Source: an uncultured Nitrososphaerota archaeon
GTDB taxonomy: Archaea; Korarchaeota; Korarchaeia; Korarchaeales; Korarchaeaceae
Assembly (NCBI GenBank): GCA_964618805.1
Contig: CAZUBM010000010.1
Location: 38,839-62,838, forward strand
Direction: 5' to 3'
Length of the DNA stretch: 24,000 nucleotides
Part shown: positions 15,710 to 23,296 of the stretch, piece after piece
Position numbering within the stretch: position 1 is the first letter of the stretch
Layout: every line of letters starts with the position of its first letter
The notes under the pieces: generated by a model
What the model saw: the letters and a program-made list of their open reading frames with translations, nothing else
Databases searched by the model: none
Told to the model about the DNA's origin: nothing
Translations under genes and position numbers: made by a program

Positions 15710-16442
15710 ATGGTTGGAAAAGATGAAGAGTATGCTGTAAGACGAGCCAAATTAGTTGAAAGTTTGGTCAGGCAGGGAATAATCAGATCAGATTCGGTGA
15801 AAAGATCTGCTATGAAAGTCCCGAGAGAAAAGTTCGTTCCGCCAAGGCAAAGGGAATTTGCATATGACGATACGCCGCTTCCTATAGGAGAGGGCCAGAC
15901 GATTAGTGCGCCACACGGATTCCCGCCGGGGATCCGGGCGAAACATGGTGTTTATGATGAACGAACTTCTTCGATTAGAAAAAGGTATGGTAGTATTCGA
16001 AGTGGGTGCTGGAAGCGGATATCATGCAGCAACGTTAGCGGAAATAGTTGCTCCAGATGATTTGCCCTTGGAAGAGTGGGGACACGTATATTCTGCTGAG
16101 ATAATTAGAAGTCTTGCTGTAAGAGCCTGGAAAAATCTTATGGACGCAGGATATGCCGATAGAGTAAGCGTTCTTCATTGTGACGGAAGTTCTGGTTTTC
16201 CTCTGAACATCAAGGCTGATAGAATTCTAGTGACTGCAGCAGCTCCTTCCATTCCAAAACCTCTAATGGATCAGGTAAAAATAGGAGGTAGAATCGTAAT
16301 TCCTATTGGTCTGGTCAGAGGCCTGTTCTTTGCTCAAAAACTTGTAGTTGCAGATAAGTTAGGGGAGGAAAAGTTCAATATTAAGGAGGTAGCTGATGTA
16401 GCTTTTGTCCCATTAAGAGGTAGATATGGATGGAGAGGTTGA
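15710..16442 (+). CDS. pcm: Protein-L-isoaspartate O-methyltransferase, interrupted by a 28-nt BHB-type intron (exons 15710-15914 and 15943-16442)
   Basis: Exon 1 frame: ...FAYDDTPLPIGEGQTISAPH. Exon 2 frame: MVFMMNELLRLEKGMVVFEVGAGSGYHAATLAEIV...DRILVTAAAPSIP...GGRIVIPIG...FVPL. The joined ORF is 234 aa and in frame. Confidence 0.85.
15915..15942 (+). other. Candidate bulge-helix-bulge (BHB) intron within the pcm mRNA
   Basis: Hand fold. Exon helix: 15906-08 pairs with 15944-46. Central 4-bp G-C helix: 15909-12 pairs with 15937-40. 3-nt bulges: 15913-15 and 15941-43. 9-bp intron helix: 15916-24 pairs with 15928-36, closed by a GCC loop. Confidence 0.75.
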
Positions 16443-17056
16443 TAGCAAGCGGAGCAGAAGCAAAGATCTATGAAACTGATTTCTTCGGAGTTCCAGCCAT
16501 TAAGAAGGTTAGGATAAGGAAGAATTATCGAGTTTTTGAATTAGACTCTCTTCTTAGAAAGAAGAGAACTTCCAAGGAAGTAAAGGCTCTCCATAGGGCC
16601 AAGAAATTTGGAGTCCCTTGTCCTTCGATCCTAGACGTTCATGAATTCGAAATTATCATGGAAAAGATCGATGGAGTTACGTTGAGAGATTTAATAGTAA
16701 AATTAAATGAAAAAGAACTTTCTGTAGTTTCAAATCTGTTAGGCGCGATTGTTGGTAGGCTTCATAAAGCTGGCTTAGTTCATAACGATCTAACGGGTGT
16801 AAACTTCATCTTAGTGGATCGAGATAAAATATGCCTCATAGACTTTGGGCTTGTTGAGTTTTCTGAGAATTGTGAGGATAGAGCGGTGGACTTGCACGTA
16901 TTCAAGCAATCTGTAGGTGCTATCGACCCTAAAAGGAGGGATTTTATAATGAGCAAATTCCTCGAAGGATACTCTAAGGAGCTTGGGGAAAGAGCCAAAG
17001 AAGTGATTTCTAGACTTAGGACAATCGAGAGAAGAGGAAGGTATAAGATAAGGTGA
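16430..17056 (+). CDS. bud32: KEOPS subunit Bud32 (Kae1-associated atypical kinase)
   Basis: LIASGAEAKIY, small RIO-like kinase core HNDLTGVNFIL...LIDFGL, ~208 aa. Overlaps the pcm stop by 13 nt. Confidence 0.85.
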   Translation: MERLIASGAEAKIYETDFFGVPAIKKVRIRKNYRVFELDSLLRKKRTSKEVKALHRAKKFGVPCPSILDVHEFEIIMEKIDGVTLRDLIVKLNEKELSVVSNLLGAIVGRLHKAGLVHNDLTGVNFILVDRDKICLIDFGLVEFSENCEDRAVDLHVFKQSVGAIDPKRRDFIMSKFLEGYSKELGERAKEVISRLRTIERRGRYKIR

Positions 17057-17062
17057 TGAGCA

Positions 17063-17632
17063 TTGGAAACGCTTAAATTTGTCACATCAAATCCCCACAA
17101 GTTTCGTGAGGCAGAGGCCATTTTGGGGGATTTTGGTATAGAAGTTAAATGGATGAACCTAGAATACCCGGAACTTCAAGCTGATACTCTTGAAGAGGTT
17201 GTCCTTTACTCCTTAAAGTGGTTGAGTGAAAGTAAAGGAATAAAAGAACCCTTCTTCATAGAGGACGCTGGGTTATTCATCCGTTCTTTAAAGGGATTTC
17301 CTGGTCCTTATTCTTCCTATGTATTTAGGACCATAGGCAATGAAGGGATATTGAGGTTAATGAATGGCATAGAAGACAGGAAAGCTAAGTTTAGATCAGT
17401 TATAGGTCTTGCTATTGATGGAAAACATTACACATTCCATGGCGAGACAAAAGGCTCAATTGCTGATTCTATTCGTGGAACATTGTGGGGATTCGATCCA
17501 ATATTCGTTCCAGAGAATATGGGAGGACTTACATATGCCGAGCTAGGTGTAAGAAAGAATTTGGTCTCTCATAGAAGGAAATCACTCGAGCTTATGGCCT
17601 CTTGGTTTTCAAGAAAAGTTAAAAAATCGTAA
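17063..17632 (+). CDS. Non-canonical purine NTP pyrophosphatase (ITPase, HAM1/RdgB family)
   Basis: KFVTSNPHKFREAE N-terminal motif, GFPGPYS, GFDPIF. TTG start at 17063. Confidence 0.88.
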   Translation: METLKFVTSNPHKFREAEAILGDFGIEVKWMNLEYPELQADTLEEVVLYSLKWLSESKGIKEPFFIEDAGLFIRSLKGFPGPYSSYVFRTIGNEGILRLMNGIEDRKAKFRSVIGLAIDGKHYTFHGETKGSIADSIRGTLWGFDPIFVPENMGGLTYAELGVRKNLVSHRRKSLELMASWFSRKVKKS

Positions 17633-17652
17633 AATAAGAAGGGATGGATTAG

Positions 17653-18102
17653 GTGAGTCCTTTGGAAAGAAGAGAGGAAGAAGCGCACAAACATTTCTCT
17701 GGCAGAGAAAAGCCAGAATGGGTTTCAATGAATCCAGATGACGTTGTCTCATTGATCGTTAAAATGGGAAAGAGAGGAGTCCCTCCAAGCCAAATTGGGA
17801 TGATCTTAAGGGATGTGTATGGGATACCTTCTGTCAAACAGATCTTGGGCAAGAAAATAACTGAAGTCTTGGAGGAGCAGGGTGTTGCTCAGAAAATACC
17901 TGAAGATCTGCTTTCTTTGATGAAAAAGGCATATAAAATCAGGAAACATCTTGAAACCCATAGAAAGGATTTCCATTCGAAAAGAGGGTTGCAGATTACT
18001 GAGTCTAAGATAAGAAGGCTGGTTAAATACTATAAAAGAACTGGAAAACTTCCTGAAGACTGGAGATATGATCCAAGCATGTTAGAAATGATTATAACGT
18101 GA
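17653..18102 (+). CDS. rps15: Ribosomal protein uS15 (S15P/S13e)
   Basis: PEWV...VVSLIVKMGKRGVPPSQIGMILRDVYGIPSVKQILGKKI...IRKHLETHRKDFHSKRGL...ESKIRRLVKYYK. GTG start (an in-frame TAG lies directly upstream). Confidence 0.9.
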   Translation: MSPLERREEEAHKHFSGREKPEWVSMNPDDVVSLIVKMGKRGVPPSQIGMILRDVYGIPSVKQILGKKITEVLEEQGVAQKIPEDLLSLMKKAYKIRKHLETHRKDFHSKRGLQITESKIRRLVKYYKRTGKLPEDWRYDPSMLEMIIT

Positions 18103-18117
18103 GAGGGAGCCTCCTAG

Positions 18118-19566
18118 ATGGAAGATTTGGATAAAGTATGGAAGTCATTGAATTCAAAGGCTAAAAGAATTGCGGATCTCATTTATAGCGTTGGAAAAGA
18201 GTCTCCAGTAAGAATAATTACACATATCGATGCAGATGGGTTATGTGCTGGAGGTTTAATTGCGAAAGCTTTGAAAATGTTAGGTGTCCCCTTTCATCTC
18301 TCTTCAGTAAAATTCCTGAGTAAAGAGCTCATTTCCCAAATACTGTCTGAGAAATACAGCCTTTTCATATACTTGGATCTAGGATCAGGATACTTAAACG
18401 AAATCAAGGATGCTTTGAGTTCTAAGAAGAATAAAACTGTTTTAGTATTGGATCATCATCCTCCTGTTAAAGCGCAACAAAATAATCGCTTTTATTTGCT
18501 AAATCCATTCGATGAAGGCATAAATGGAAGTTATGAAATAAGCGGTGCAGGAATTGCGTACCTCGTTTACAGACACCTCATCGGAGGGGATGATGAGAGC
18601 ATTATTATGGCGCTTACCGGAGCTTTAGGGGATCAACAAGCTGGTGAGAATGGATTTTCAGGAATAAATTCCATGTTTGTCGAGTTGGCAAAAAAACTAG
18701 GTGTTCTGGAGGTTAAAAGGGACTTAAGGCTCTTTGGAGGTCCAGATTACCCTTTAGTACCAGCTCTTCAGAGAACTTATGATTTAGTTCTTCTTGGACT
18801 ATTCCAAGAAGCTAAAGAAGCTGTTAATTTGTTAGAAAGACTCAAAATCCCTTTAAAGGTGGAAAATAGGGCCATAAGACTATCTGATCTATCTGTTGAA
18901 CAAAAAAGAGAGCTTTTTAATGAGATTGTGAAACGGATGGTTTCTAAAGGAGAGAGCGGCCTTTCAGCGCTAACAAATCTCTTTGGAGATGTATATCTAG
19001 CAGTTTCTGAGCCAATCGGTTCGCCGACAAGGGAATTGAATGGCTTTTCAACCCTTCTAAATGCCTGTGGTAGAATGGGAAGACCTGATTTAGGCATAGC
19101 CTTAGCAATGGGTTTAAGGGGGATTATTCTTGATTCAGCCCTGCAAACCCTATCTGATTACAGGAAAACTCTAGCAAAAGCTCTATCTCATATAATGGAG
19201 GACTCCGGCGAAATAACTAGGAAAGAAAATGGTATTCTCTTTTTAATAGGAGGAGAAGAGATCAGAGATACAATGATAGGTACGATAACTTCGATAATAT
19301 CAAAAAGCAAGTTTTCAAAGGAGTTCCTCATTGTAATTGGCTTAACAAACAGCGAGGCAGTTGTGAAGATATCTGCTAGATTGACAGATGTTGGGATTAG
19401 GGCTGGAATAGATCTAGATCATTTGATGAGAATGAGTTGTGTGAGGGTTGGAGGCATTGGAGGGGGACATAAGCATGCAGCTGGTGGTTATATCCCACAA
19501 GGTGAGGAAGAACGTTTCATCAAGACAGTTTTAGAATATTTAAACGAGGCCAAGGCTCTCAAGTAG
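18118..19566 (+). CDS. RecJ/Cdc45-like DHH-family phosphoesterase
   Basis: DHH motifs are intact: HIDADGLCAGG, YLDLG, LDHHPP, GIGGGHKHAAGG. Adjacency to the S15 gene is a known conserved archaeal arrangement. Confidence 0.85.
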   Translation: MEDLDKVWKSLNSKAKRIADLIYSVGKESPVRIITHIDADGLCAGGLIAKALKMLGVPFHLSSVKFLSKELISQILSEKYSLFIYLDLGSGYLNEIKDALSSKKNKTVLVLDHHPPVKAQQNNRFYLLNPFDEGINGSYEISGAGIAYLVYRHLIGGDDESIIMALTGALGDQQAGENGFSGINSMFVELAKKLGVLEVKRDLRLFGGPDYPLVPALQRTYDLVLLGLFQEAKEAVNLLERLKIPLKVENRAIRLSDLSVEQKRELFNEIVKRMVSKGESGLSALTNLFGDVYLAVSEPIGSPTRELNGFSTLLNACGRMGRPDLGIALAMGLRGIILDSALQTLSDYRKTLAKALSHIMEDSGEITRKENGILFLIGGEEIRDTMIGTITSIISKSKFSKEFLIVIGLTNSEAVVKISARLTDVGIRAGIDLDHLMRMSCVRVGGIGGGHKHAAGGYIPQGEEERFIKTVLEYLNEAKALK

Positions 19567-19938
19567 TTGTTTTAGCTCCTTTCTCGTCTCTGATTCTTCC
19601 TTCTTGTACCTCTCCAGCAAGGTTTCGGTCAACTCCTTCCTTGATTTCAGATCCTCAAGGAGTTCTTCCTTGTTCCTTTTGATGAAAACGTGTCCAGCTC
19701 TTTCATAAACCTCTGTATCTCCCTTAATCTTCTCCAATTTTCTCAAAGCCTCTTCCATAGATCTGAGGTCTAGCTCAAGAGTTGTTATTTGAGTTCTAAG
19801 GGACTCAATCTTGCTAACAAGCTCTCTATATTTTGCCTGAGCATACTGCATGTTTTCATCCGAAGCCAATTGCATCACATGGATAGCTTTGATAGCAGAT
19901 CTTTTAATTTGATCCTTTCGACGAAACCTATCTCTCAA
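19540..19938 (-). CDS. pfdB: Prefoldin beta subunit
   Basis: Two coiled-coil heptad regions flank the beta-hairpin segment DTEVYERAGHVFIKRNKEE. About 120-130 aa. The true start may be an internal Met. Confidence 0.75.
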   Translation of the reverse strand: MRDRFRRKDQIKRSAIKAIHVMQLASDENMQYAQAKYRELVSKIESLRTQITTLELDLRSMEEALRKLEKIKGDTEVYERAGHVFIKRNKEELLEDLKSRKELTETLLERYKKEESETRKELKQLLESLGLV

Positions 19939-20431
19939 GTTCTACTAGCGCCGCTTTCTCCAATATGATTAGTTCTAACCTTCTTGAGCATGATGATAGG
20001 TTCTCCACGCCTAATTTCCTTGCCAAGCTTTTCATAGAACCGAATTCATTGGTCTGCACAGCTCTTAGAGCATCACACACTCTAACAGCGAGTTTATTCC
20101 AGTCCAGCGGCTTAGCTGAAATGGCTATGAAGACAACATTGTCAGTCCCTATCGGATTTGTGAATCCTAACGCTTTATGGATCTGCCTCTCCCCTGTAAG
20201 ACAGACAGCAATTTCTGACCTTAAATTTCTGGTGATATTTTTCCCCTCTTTAAAGGCTCTTAAAGCTCTATATGTTGCTATTGCCGCATGTCTATAGGAA
20301 GCTACTGATGATGATTTAATGAAGACTGTTTTAATGTCCTCTACGAACTTTTCTGGGATTTCCTTTAGGGGTTCGGTGAGCTTTAGGGACATGACAGCGA
20401 TGTACCCTTCTGAGGTTTCGAACACTTCCAC
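19928..20431 (-). CDS. cgi121: KEOPS subunit Cgi121
   Basis: SEIAVCLTGERQIHKALGFTNPIG and the C-terminal LELIILEKAALVELER match the pattern I recall from archaeal Cgi121 (EILVRASGQRQIHEAI...LEKIALIEL). Confidence 0.8.
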   Translation of the reverse strand: MEVFETSEGYIAVMSLKLTEPLKEIPEKFVEDIKTVFIKSSSVASYRHAAIATYRALRAFKEGKNITRNLRSEIAVCLTGERQIHKALGFTNPIGTDNVVFIAISAKPLDWNKLAVRVCDALRAVQTNEFGSMKSLARKLGVENLSSCSRRLELIILEKAALVELER

Positions 20432-20603
20432 TCTTCTTACACCATTAATTTCCCCTTATCCCCCCTAAGACTTGCTAGACAGATAATATATAATTTAGGT
20501 AACTTCGCAGGGCTTGTCTATTAACAAATTGGGTCATTTGAGCATACACAGGTCTTACAGGCATATACCCCAACAAGCTTATAGGATGTCTTGAATTCCC
20601 GTC

Positions 20604-22205
20604 ATGGGGCGCCAGATGGACATAGGACCTATAGAAGAACTTTCATCTAACAGGATCTTAAGAACTGCATGGTACTCTATTGTGGTCGGTTTCTTCCTCT
20701 TGTTCGTTCTAATACCTCCGATATATCTTTTTGCATATCTAGCTGGAAGTTTTGACAAGCTCCCCCTTGTATTGAATAACCCTGAGATAGTTAAGGATAT
20801 GAAAAGCGCGATGAGTCTAAGCTATGCTATTGCAGCAACTGTTACCCTCATAGATTTGATAGCCGCTCTTCCTATGGCTTGGATCCTTCTAAAGAAAGAA
20901 TTCCGTTTAAAGCGATTTCTTGATACTCTATTAGATCTTCCTATGGCTCTCCCAACATCTGCATTGGGATTCTCAGTAGCGATGTTTTGGCTCAAAGTGG
21001 CCAATCTAAGGAGCGCCTTTTGGGCTGTGGTTGCTTTACATGTAGCAATGAGCTATCCTTATATGCTAAGAACCCTAATTGCATCATTGAAGGCCGTAAA
21101 ATCTCAATATGAGATCGCTGCTCGAACCTTGGGCGCCCACCCTTTTACGGTAGCTAGAACTGTTACTCTACCGATCGCTAAGCCTGGCATAATCGCTGGA
21201 TGTATCCTTTGTTTTGCGAAAAGTTTGAGTGAAACTGGGGGAACTGCGGTCACTCTATCGATAATAGGGGTGCTAGAACGGACAGGACCTGTTCTAATTA
21301 AGACTTGGAAATCGATCACAGAGCAAACTGAAGTTTTCATTTTAGCTGGAGGCATTTTAAGTGCAATTTTGATTATTTCATCTTTAGTGACTTTATACTC
21401 GTTCAAGGTGTTAGCATCAAGGTGGAAGATACCGATAAAAAGGATTTGGCCTTGGGAGAAGAGAATAAGCCGAAAGCCATTTACTTCTATTAGAGATTTC
21501 TTCTCAGTATTTTTCTCCATCTTTGTTGTTCTCATTCCTTCTATATTCATAGCACTTTTTCCTTTATGGTTGAAGGTTGAAGGGCTGCCAAGCGGTCTTT
21601 TTTCTGCGATCTGGAACTCCGTTTTAATAGCCTCTATAACGACGGTGATAAATCTGATAACAGGAGTTCCCCTCTCTATTCTGATCGCTCGATCCAGATC
21701 TTCTGTTATAACAAGCATATTAGATGCGTTAGTTAACATACCGCTCATAGTTCCAACTACAGCCTTGGGCTTCTCGATCTCTCTTTTTTGGAGTAGAGGC
21801 GTTGCATTAGGTCTTTCTGATTTAACTGTTATCTCCCTTGCTCACATATCATTTACGCAACCCTTACTTGTTAGAAACGTAATAGCCTCTCTAGAACAGT
21901 TAGATCCATCGTTAGAAGATACCGCAAGAACTCTAGGTGCGAATCCTCTGGAAACCTTTAGGAAGATTACTTTTCCTTTGATAAGTCCCGGTATAGTGGC
22001 TGGAACCATTTTATCCTTTACAAGGAGCTTAGGAGAAACTGGAGCTACTATTTCAGTGGTTCCAATAGCGCATACTGCTCCAGTTTACATAGTCGAACTT
22101 GTGAGCAAGAGGGCTTATTCCGTTGCTGGAATATCATGCATAATTCTCCTCTTGATATCTGGAATATTGCTTTACGCTTTAAAGAGGACAGGGAGGGGTT
22201 CATAG
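20604..22205 (+). CDS. ABC transporter permease, fused double-domain (FbpB/ThiP-type)
   Basis: Two EAA-loop repeats (AARTLGAHPFTVARTVTLPIAKPGIIAG and TARTLGANPLETFRKITFPLISPGIVAG) and about 12 hydrophobic segments. Confidence 0.85.
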   Translation: MGRQMDIGPIEELSSNRILRTAWYSIVVGFFLLFVLIPPIYLFAYLAGSFDKLPLVLNNPEIVKDMKSAMSLSYAIAATVTLIDLIAALPMAWILLKKEFRLKRFLDTLLDLPMALPTSALGFSVAMFWLKVANLRSAFWAVVALHVAMSYPYMLRTLIASLKAVKSQYEIAARTLGAHPFTVARTVTLPIAKPGIIAGCILCFAKSLSETGGTAVTLSIIGVLERTGPVLIKTWKSITEQTEVFILAGGILSAILIISSLVTLYSFKVLASRWKIPIKRIWPWEKRISRKPFTSIRDFFSVFFSIFVVLIPSIFIALFPLWLKVEGLPSGLFSAIWNSVLIASITTVINLITGVPLSILIARSRSSVITSILDALVNIPLIVPTTALGFSISLFWSRGVALGLSDLTVISLAHISFTQPLLVRNVIASLEQLDPSLEDTARTLGANPLETFRKITFPLISPGIVAGTILSFTRSLGETGATISVVPIAHTAPVYIVELVSKRAYSVAGISCIILLLISGILLYALKRTGRGS

Positions 22206-22206
22206 G

Positions 22207-23292
22207 TTGCCAAGGGTGGAGTTAAAGGGAGTAACCGTGAGATATGGGAGAAAAATAGCGCTAGACAACATTGATATCAAGATAAAGAGTGGAGATTATG
22301 CTATAGTTGCTGGTCCTACTGGAGCCGGAAAAACAACTTTGTTAAAAGCCATTTGCGGCTTAGTTCCCTTAGTTAAGGGAAGAATTATTGTAAACGGCGA
22401 GGATATCACCGAAGTTCCTCCTGAGAAAAGAGGCATTGGTTATCTACCTCAAGGATATGCCCTTTTTCCCCATTTAGATGTATGGGGAAACGTTACATTT
22501 GGTCCGACCAGCAGAGGGTGGGACAAAAGTGATGTTGAGGTCATTGCAAGAAGAATCTTGAATATGGTTGGCCTCATTGAGCGAGCTGACGCATATCCCC
22601 ATGAGTTAAGCGGTGGAATGGCCCAAAGAGTTGCTTTAGGTAGGGCCATAGCCTCTGGAGCAGATCTAATCCTTCTAGACGAACCTCTTTCGGCCCTTGA
22701 CGTGATGCTCCGCATGATATTAAGGTATGAAATCAAGAAAATGGCCAAGGCCCTTAATCTCACCGTAATACACGTGACTCATGACCAAGAGGAGGCCATG
22801 AGTATAGGAGATCGCATATTTCTTCTTAGGAAAGGGAGGGTCCTCGAGGAAGGATCCCCTGAAGAGCTATTTAAGTCTCCTGAAAACCCATTTACAGCAT
22901 ATTTTATAGGAGAAAGCAATTTTTTCATCGGTTATGCTGATAATGGGGTCGTTAGAATAGACGATCTTGAGTTAAGAAGCACATCTAGGCTTAGAGGGGA
23001 AGTCTTAGTTGCAATAAGGACAAGAAGAGTTAAGATCTTCATGGGCAAGGGAGAAACTCTCAATTCCATTAGAGCAAGAGTTGAGGAAATTAGGTTCTTT
23101 GGAAAAGTGACTAAGCTTCTGTTAAACGTAAATGGTTTGAGAATAATTAGCGAGATGCCTACTCTGAAAATTAGGGGCTTAAAGCAGGGAGAAATAGTCT
23201 TCATCTCCATAGATCCAATGGATGTATTGCTGTATGAATTGGAAACCTTGGAAGAATATCCTGAGATAAAGGAGGTGATCATGAATTCCTGA
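22207..23292 (+). CDS. ABC transporter ATP-binding protein with C-terminal TOBE-like domain
   Basis: Walker A GPTGAGKTT, Q-loop LPQGYALFPH, signature LSGGMAQRVALGRA, Walker B LILLDEPLSALD, H-loop IHVTHDQ. TTG start 1 nt after the permease stop. Confidence 0.9.
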   Translation: MPRVELKGVTVRYGRKIALDNIDIKIKSGDYAIVAGPTGAGKTTLLKAICGLVPLVKGRIIVNGEDITEVPPEKRGIGYLPQGYALFPHLDVWGNVTFGPTSRGWDKSDVEVIARRILNMVGLIERADAYPHELSGGMAQRVALGRAIASGADLILLDEPLSALDVMLRMILRYEIKKMAKALNLTVIHVTHDQEEAMSIGDRIFLLRKGRVLEEGSPEELFKSPENPFTAYFIGESNFFIGYADNGVVRIDDLELRSTSRLRGEVLVAIRTRRVKIFMGKGETLNSIRARVEEIRFFGKVTKLLLNVNGLRIISEMPTLKIRGLKQGEIVFISIDPMDVLLYELETLEEYPEIKEVIMNS

Positions 23293-23296
23293 GATA
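23259..23296 (+). repeat. 10-nt direct repeat TCCTGAGATA (23259-23268 and 23287-23296) flanking an SD+ATG cassette at the ATPase1/ATPase2 junction
   Basis: The repeat is exact, with a 28-nt offset. The intervening AAGGAGGTGATCATGAAT contains the extended SD and an ATG. Confidence 0.8.

Noticed and set aside
15617-16442. Reading pcm as a simple frameshift pseudogene or as two separate genes (track ORFs 15617-16060 and 15906-16442).
   Set aside because: The frame break is a discrete 28-nt GC-rich insert that folds into a strict BHB. Its excision is motif-exact. Both halves are otherwise intact with no other lesions. The part of the first ORF upstream of ATG 15710 overlaps the DUF371 gene and is not homologous.
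20822-21748. - strand ORFs of 60 and 214 aa.
   Set aside because: They are antisense to the ABC permease. They have no SD or motifs, and the permease frame carries both EAA loops.
23269-23296. A second 28-nt BHB intron at the ABC ATPase junction (same length as the pcm intron).
   Set aside because: The flanks are direct repeats, not inverted, and cannot form the exon helix. Only a weak 5-bp AGGAG/TTCCT helix exists, and there are no paired 3-nt bulges. The equal length looks coincidental.
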